DNA of 64,000 nucleotides, from NCBI GenBank assembly GCA_002778465.1, contig PFBV01000003.1:151736-215735 (forward strand), in the 5' to 3' direction. Shown one piece after another: positions 58,389-64,000 of the stretch; the stretch's first letter is position 1; the number at the start of each line of letters is the position of its first letter. The DNA comes from Candidatus Magasanikbacteria bacterium CG10_big_fil_rev_8_21_14_0_10_36_32 (lineage in GTDB: Bacteria > Patescibacteriota > Patescibacteriia > Magasanikbacterales > GWA2-37-8). The translations under genes and the position numbers were made by a program. The notes beneath the pieces were generated by a model. The model worked only from the letters and a program-made list of their open reading frames with translations, had not been told where the DNA came from and searched no databases.

Positions 58389-58935
58389 AATTATTTTTGG
58401 TTTTACCGGACAATTATCATGTGGAAAAGGAACGGCAGCTAAATATTTGGAACAAAAATATAATGCTCAAACTTACCGCTTTTCTACTAAACTGAGAAAC
58501 CTGCTTGATGCTATATATATAGAACACTCGCGCGACGCAATGATAAAAATGTCGGAAGCTGTGCGATCAATTTTTGGCGAAGATATTTTAGCTAAAGCGA
58601 TGGCTAAAGATGCCGCCAATGATTCAAATCCAATTGTTGTGGTTGAAGGAATCCGCCGGCCAGCTGACATTGAATTTCTTAAAGAACTGCCTAATTTTAT
58701 TTTAGTTGAAATTTTTGCCGAACCAGAAACAAGATACCAGCGTCTGATCAAACGCAGAGAAAATTCCGATGATAATTCAAAAACTTACAAACAATTTTTA
58801 GCCGACCACCAACGTCCAACTGAACTGAGTATTTCACAAGTAACACCCGAAGCGGTAGAACATATTGATAACAACGGAACAGTGGAAGACTTAAACAAAC
58901 AACTTGATGTTTTAATTAAAAAATATGCAAATTAA
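58375..58935 (+). CDS. P-loop nucleotide kinase (NMP/dephospho-CoA kinase-like)
   Basis: GFTGQLSCGKGT, VVEGIR, IDNNG. Confidence 0.75.
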   Translation: MTNNKIIFGFTGQLSCGKGTAAKYLEQKYNAQTYRFSTKLRNLLDAIYIEHSRDAMIKMSEAVRSIFGEDILAKAMAKDAANDSNPIVVVEGIRRPADIEFLKELPNFILVEIFAEPETRYQRLIKRRENSDDNSKTYKQFLADHQRPTELSISQVTPEAVEHIDNNGTVEDLNKQLDVLIKKYAN

Positions 58936-59356
58936 AATAAAAAGATTAGACAAAACTCTTCCTTTGCCAAAATATCATACTGATGGCGCAGCGGCTTTTG
59001 ATTTTTATGCGCGTGAATCAGGTGTCATAGAACCAAAAACAATAAAACAAATACCAACAAATTTAATTATTGCCACTCCACCGGGTTTTATGATGCTGAT
59101 TGCATCTCGTTCTAGTCTAGGCGTCAAAAAAGGATTGATGCTTTCTAATTGTGTCGGTATTTTAGATAGTGACTATTGCGGACCAAAAGACGAGATTCTG
59201 CTTTCGCTTCATAATTTTACCGACAAACCAATTACTGTTGAGCGAGGTGAGCGACTGGCTCAAGGTATAATTATCAAAATAGAACAAGCGGATTGGAATG
59301 AAGTTGAAGAAATGGACATGCCAACTCGTGGCGGATTTGGCAGCACAGGAAAATAA
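58925..59356 (+). CDS. dut: dUTP diphosphatase
   Basis: AAFD, SRSS, GILDSDY, RLAQ, RGGFGSTG. Confidence 0.95.
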   Translation: MQIKIKRLDKTLPLPKYHTDGAAAFDFYARESGVIEPKTIKQIPTNLIIATPPGFMMLIASRSSLGVKKGLMLSNCVGILDSDYCGPKDEILLSLHNFTDKPITVERGERLAQGIIIKIEQADWNEVEEMDMPTRGGFGSTGK

Positions 59357-59364
59357 CAATTATT

Positions 59365-60237
59365 ATGAAAAATTATTTAGATATCGTTCAACGAATTATT
59401 GAGCAAGGCGAACAAAAAGAAAACCGCACCGGAATAGATGCTATTTCCATTGCCGGCGCTTTTTTTGAACATGATATGTCACAAGGTTTCCCTTTATTGA
59501 CCACAAAAAAAATGCCATTTAAAATAATTGCCACCGAACTTGAATTTTTTATCAAAGGTATTACCGACAAACAATGGTTAAAAGACAGAAATTGCCATAT
59601 TTGGGATGAATGGTGTTCACCAAAAAAAATTCCTTACGGACACGATGAAATCACTAAACAAAAAATGGCGGATGAACGTGACTTGGGGCCAATCTACGGT
59701 TTTCAATGGAGACATTTTAATGCCGATTATAATTCATTTGATTCAGATTATTCCGGACAAGGAGTAGACCAATTAAAAAATTTGGTAGAAAAATTAAAAT
59801 CAAATCCAACAGACCGCCGAATGATTGTTTCAGCGTGGAATCCATCTAAACTTTCAGAAATGGCCTTACCGCCATGTCACTATTCTTTTCAAGTTACGGT
59901 TATTGGAGACAAATTAAATTTATTATGGAATCAACGTTCAGTAGATACTATGCTGGGATTGCCATTTAACATCGCTTCCTATGCTTTATTATTACATTTA
60001 CTGGCCAAAGAAACCGGTTTAAAAGAAGGAAAACTGGTTGGTTTCTTAGCTGATACTCATATTTACGTTAATCATTTAGAAGGTGCGCGTGAACAACTAA
60101 ACCGTGATTCAAACATATATATTTTACCAACAATCACCACTGAAAATTTCACTTCAATTTTCAACTGGCAAGCAACTGATTCTAAACTAGAAAATTATCA
60201 AAGTCATCCTAAAATAAACTTTTCAATCGCCGTATGA
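59365..60237 (+). CDS. thyA: Thymidylate synthase
   Basis: FPLLTTKK, LGPIYGFQWR, SAWNP, ALPPCH, QRSVD, PFNIASY. Confidence 0.97.
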   Translation: MKNYLDIVQRIIEQGEQKENRTGIDAISIAGAFFEHDMSQGFPLLTTKKMPFKIIATELEFFIKGITDKQWLKDRNCHIWDEWCSPKKIPYGHDEITKQKMADERDLGPIYGFQWRHFNADYNSFDSDYSGQGVDQLKNLVEKLKSNPTDRRMIVSAWNPSKLSEMALPPCHYSFQVTVIGDKLNLLWNQRSVDTMLGLPFNIASYALLLHLLAKETGLKEGKLVGFLADTHIYVNHLEGAREQLNRDSNIYILPTITTENFTSIFNWQATDSKLENYQSHPKINFSIAV

Positions 60238-60743
60238 AAACAATACTTTTAATGGCTATAACTGCTGACGGAAAAATTGGAAAACATTCAAAACATTTAG
60301 CTGATTGGACTAGTAAGGCAGATAAAAAAATATTCGTAGCGGAAACTAAAAAAGCCGGCGTGATTGTAATGGGACAAACAACGTTTGACACAATCGGAAA
60401 ACCTTTGCCTAATCGTTTAAACGTTGTAATGAATTTAAATCCAGATAAAACAAAAAATATTTTAGAGCAATTGGAATTTACCAACAGTCCGCCTAAAAAA
60501 TTACTTGACGAATTATCTGAACGCGGGTTTGAAACCGTTATCCTTGGTGGTGGCGCAACTATTAATGGTCTTTTTCTTGATGCCGAATTGATAGATGAAA
60601 TATGGCTGACCGTTGAACCAAAAATTTTTGGTTCCGGATTATCTCTTTTTAACAATGTCGATGTAAATTTATCACTTGAATTAATTTCTTTAGAAAAAAT
60701 TGATACTAACGTTTTACAAATACGGTACAGGGTTATTAAGTAA
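60234..60743 (+). CDS. Dihydrofolate reductase (FolA/RibD-C fold)
   Basis: MGQTTFDTIGKPLPNRLNVV, LGGGA; overlaps thyA stop. Confidence 0.85.
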   Translation: MKTILLMAITADGKIGKHSKHLADWTSKADKKIFVAETKKAGVIVMGQTTFDTIGKPLPNRLNVVMNLNPDKTKNILEQLEFTNSPPKKLLDELSERGFETVILGGGATINGLFLDAELIDEIWLTVEPKIFGSGLSLFNNVDVNLSLELISLEKIDTNVLQIRYRVIK

Positions 60744-60786
60744 CCTATCCACTTCAAATAAACACCAAATTTTTGATTTATTTTTT

Positions 60787-61491
60787 ATGTTCATAATGCT
60801 AGACGGTATTGATGGTTGTGGAAAAAGCACTATTATTCAAGCTTGGAAAGACTATCTAACAACGCAAGGTAATGCTATTTTTGATTTAAAAAAATATTGG
60901 CAAGAAACTGGCCGTTATCCAGAGTTTTCAGAATTAAAAAATTATACTTTTATTTTTAGTTGCGAACCAACTTACGTCGGAATTGGAAATGTCATTCGTC
61001 AAGAATTAGTCAAAAATGGAAACAATTACCCGGCTAAAGCCACTGCTGAAGCATTCTCGCTAGATCGATTAATTTTATACACCAAACTAATTATTCCTCT
61101 GATTAAAAATGGTTGTTGTGTTATTCAAGACCGCGGGGTCAGTTCTTCGTTGGCATACCAAACAACTCAAAATCCTGAACTCACTTTAAAATTTTTATCT
61201 TCATTAACCGGCAATAAACTGGCTTTAACATATCGTCCGGATTATTTAGTTCTGCTTGATTTAAAACCGGAAGAAGCAATCAAAAGATTAGGTAAACGGA
61301 CCAACAAAAAAGACGACGCTATTTTTGAAAAATTAAGTTTTTTAAAAAAACTTTATAAACAATATCATTCTTCCGCTTTTAAAAAAATTTTCACCAAACA
61401 TGGATCAAAAATTAATTTATTGCCGACAAACGTAAAAATTGATATAATGAAACAACAGGCTGTTGATTTATTAAAAACAATTTTAAATTAA
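60787..61491 (+). CDS. tmk: Thymidylate kinase
   Basis: DGIDGCGKST, EP, QDRGVSSSLAYQ. Confidence 0.9.
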   Translation: MFIMLDGIDGCGKSTIIQAWKDYLTTQGNAIFDLKKYWQETGRYPEFSELKNYTFIFSCEPTYVGIGNVIRQELVKNGNNYPAKATAEAFSLDRLILYTKLIIPLIKNGCCVIQDRGVSSSLAYQTTQNPELTLKFLSSLTGNKLALTYRPDYLVLLDLKPEEAIKRLGKRTNKKDDAIFEKLSFLKKLYKQYHSSAFKKIFTKHGSKINLLPTNVKIDIMKQQAVDLLKTILN

Positions 61492-61501
61492 TTCAATTTT
61501 T

Positions 61502-62275
61502 ATGCTTATTTCCGCCCCAGACATCATTAAACAAAGTTGGTATTTATACGCAAAACATTGGAAAAAACTTTTACCCTATATGGGTTGGCTTTTGATTCCC
61601 AACGTAATACTTGGTCTATCGGGTCTCATTAGTTTATATTTGGATAAATACATTAAAGTTGGTCCTTTTATTTTAATAAACAATATAGTAATAACAGCTA
61701 TTTTTGTTGCCAGTATTGTATTTTCACTTTGGGTAACTATTGCCACAACAAAATTTTTGAAAGAAACTATTACCAACCAACCAACAATTCAATTTAAAGA
61801 AAACTTGATGGTTACCAGCACTTTGCTTTGGCCGGTGATTTATACTTCTGTCTTTGTTATGTTAATAGTTGCCGGCGGAACTTTATTGCTGATTATTCCA
61901 GGTATAATATTCAGCGTCTGGTATGCGTTTGCTTTTTACGCTGTTATTTTTGACAATCAAAAAGGCACCAAGGCTATGCAATTCAGTAAAAATTTAGTTA
62001 CCGGACGATGGTGGATTATTCTTTTGCGATTAGCTGTTCCAAGCATATTTTTCGGATTAATACTGGTTACAATAAATTACATAATAAATTTTGGATTAAA
62101 TTTTATTTTAACCGATTCAGCTTATACTGTAATTACAGGATTATTAACCAGCACGGTTAATGTTTTAATTGCGCCCCTAACAGCCTTAACCGGTATTTTG
62201 CTTTACCTCAGCGCTAAAGAAAATCCTGTGCAGATTATTCCACCACCGACAAATATTACTCCTCAAACCAAATAA
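61502..62275 (+). CDS. Multi-pass membrane protein
   Basis: LLIIPGIIFSVWY, KAMQFSKNLVTGRWW; about 6 TM helices. Confidence 0.7.
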   Translation: MLISAPDIIKQSWYLYAKHWKKLLPYMGWLLIPNVILGLSGLISLYLDKYIKVGPFILINNIVITAIFVASIVFSLWVTIATTKFLKETITNQPTIQFKENLMVTSTLLWPVIYTSVFVMLIVAGGTLLLIIPGIIFSVWYAFAFYAVIFDNQKGTKAMQFSKNLVTGRWWIILLRLAVPSIFFGLILVTINYIINFGLNFILTDSAYTVITGLLTSTVNVLIAPLTALTGILLYLSAKENPVQIIPPPTNITPQTK

Positions 62276-62402
62276 ATAAAAACCCCGTTGTAAAAAACGG
62301 GGTTTTTAAATTCACCTAAAAAATAAATATCATTTTCGCTTATTCCAAAATAAAAACGCCCCGAATTAATCGAGGCGTATATGAACGCATTGGATAGGAA
62401 CT

Positions 62403-63233
62403 TTAATCAACAAATTCAAGGAATTCGTTGATTTCGTCTTCAAGCTGATCATACGTCCGACTGCCGAGCATGTCGCCGTAACGCACTCCATCGTTGTAAA
62501 AAATGAAAAATGGGATTGATTCAAAACCAAACTGATCCCCCAATCCCTGAATTACTGTCGTTTCCACCTCAATAATGGTGATCAATTTTTCATCACGAAT
62601 ATATTCGTAATTTTCATCCAACAGCTCATCGCCATATTGAATGGAGGCAAGTTCCAATCGAGGTACCATATAATTACAAGGTGGACACCAAAAAGCGCCA
62701 AACTTAACCAAAACCGGAGTTGAATTATCCTCAAGCATTTCAATGAATTCTTCGTAAGTTTCGGGATGCAACACTTCTGATTCATAGCGATCAATCAAAA
62801 CTTGAGCGCTGATCGTTATATTATCTTCGGTTACATCATAACCATCAAAACTTAGTTCGGACATTTCTACACCATAACTGAAAAACTTAATAGTCGGCGC
62901 AACTGTCACATCAGCATATGAAAAAACTTTTGGCGCCGTATCATAACCTACCTTTGCCAACCACAGCCAAGGCAAATTGCTATTCGTTACGGTAGAAGCG
63001 GCGCTAAGGTAAGGATCCACATCATAATTTTCACTCCTAATGAAAATCACCAATACATTGCTCTGCTGAGTCACCCAGTCGTACTGATCTTGATTTTGAA
63101 TCTCAAAAATCTCTCCCTCGTTCCACGTGTAATGCAATTCGTTTTCATTTGAATTAGAATCGCAAGAACTGAAAAAACACGCCAACATCGCGACAAAAAA
63201 CATCAGGGGAAAAAACTTAAGTCCGTTTCTCAT
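62403..63233 (-). CDS. Acidic lipoprotein with tandem thioredoxin-like domains (WCPPC)
   Basis: Lipobox-like FFSSC; VKFGAFWCPPC; cis-Pro SIPFF. Confidence 0.8.
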   Translation of the reverse strand: MRNGLKFFPLMFFVAMLACFFSSCDSNSNENELHYTWNEGEIFEIQNQDQYDWVTQQSNVLVIFIRSENYDVDPYLSAASTVTNSNLPWLWLAKVGYDTAPKVFSYADVTVAPTIKFFSYGVEMSELSFDGYDVTEDNITISAQVLIDRYESEVLHPETYEEFIEMLEDNSTPVLVKFGAFWCPPCNYMVPRLELASIQYGDELLDENYEYIRDEKLITIIEVETTVIQGLGDQFGFESIPFFIFYNDGVRYGDMLGSRTYDQLEDEINEFLEFVD

Positions 63234-63441
63234 CTGAATTCTCCTTTCGACCTATCTAAGGTCAAGGTGTTGTAAAAGAACAATTAAACCATTATAGACA
63301 TGGCTGTTGATTTTTGTCAAACATAACACTATTAAATAATCAAACTCAAATAAATTAATAAATTAATTTACCAATAAAAAACTCCCCATTCGCCTCCGTC
63401 AATTGACGAATAGCAAATAGGGAGCAAATCAAACAGATATA

Positions 63442-64000
63442 TTAATCTGAAAGACTATTGAGGAATGCATCAATATCAGATGCTAGTGTCTCATAATAAC
63501 GACTGCCGAGCATATCGCCGTAACGCACTCCATCGTTGTAAAAAACGAAAAATGGAATAGCGCTAAAACCATACGTCGCACCCATACTGGGAACTTCATC
63601 AACATCCACATCAATAATGGTAATCAACTTCTCTTCGCGAACCAAATCACCATTTTCATCCAAAAGATCATCTCCATATTCAATGGAAGCCAGCTCCAAT
63701 CGTGGAATCATGAAATTGCACGGTCCGCACCAAGTGGCGCCGAACTTGACCAAAATCGGATTGGTCGGATCTGACAGCATCGTCTCCAACTCGGAGGCTG
63801 TCTCCGCCTTAATCACATCCGCTTGGTAACGATCAATCAGAATTTGAGCATTGACTGCTACTTGTTCCGCGGAAGCTTCATCGATCAAATCCATTTCTGT
63901 CATTTCTACGCCGTAACTGAAAAACTTGAGGGTTGGTGCGGTTTCCACACCGGCATTTTCAAATACTTCCGGCGCGTCGCTCATTTCCACTTTTGCCAAC
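63442..64000 (-). CDS. Thioredoxin-domain paralog (WCGPC); 5' end lies beyond the window
   Basis: VKFGATWCGPC; segments shared with 62403-63233 (PRLELASI.YGD.LLDEN, FYNDGVRYGDMLGSR). Confidence 0.85.
   Translation of the reverse strand, partial: LAKVEMSDAPEVFENAGVETAPTLKFFSYGVEMTEMDLIDEASAEQVAVNAQILIDRYQADVIKAETASELETMLSDPTNPILVKFGATWCGPCNFMIPRLELASIEYGDDLLDENGDLVREEKLITIIDVDVDEVPSMGATYGFSAIPFFVFYNDGVRYGDMLGSRYYETLASDIDAFLNSLSD

Overview
AT-rich bacterial chromosome segment with a Patescibacteria (CPR/Parcubacteria-like) profile: rpmD (L30) is missing from the spc cluster, tRNA genes lack encoded CCA, most housekeeping genes lack an obvious Shine-Dalgarno, and TGA acts as stop. The backbone is housekeeping: radA, recG, der, pth, dprA, topA, relA/spoT, parAB, asnS, recO, the str/S10/spc ribosomal clusters, a uvrD-family helicase, tgt, trpS, rplA, a thymidylate-synthesis cluster and three tRNAs. 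The main accessory element is a complete diversity-generating retroelement (DGR) between relA and parB. It has an RT, an antisense avd interrupted by a C10 tract, a 101-bp template repeat (TR), and an adjacent target whose variable repeat (VR) differs from TR at 11 positions, all TR adenines. A paralogous remote target 28 kb away shares the same 5' and 3' cis-elements. Other candidates are a pair of mutually complementary small RNAs (12368-12609), a recurring promoter + boxA-like + Shine-Dalgarno leader on seven accessory loci, and a dispersed palindromic repeat family. All alignments were done by eye and no database searches were run.
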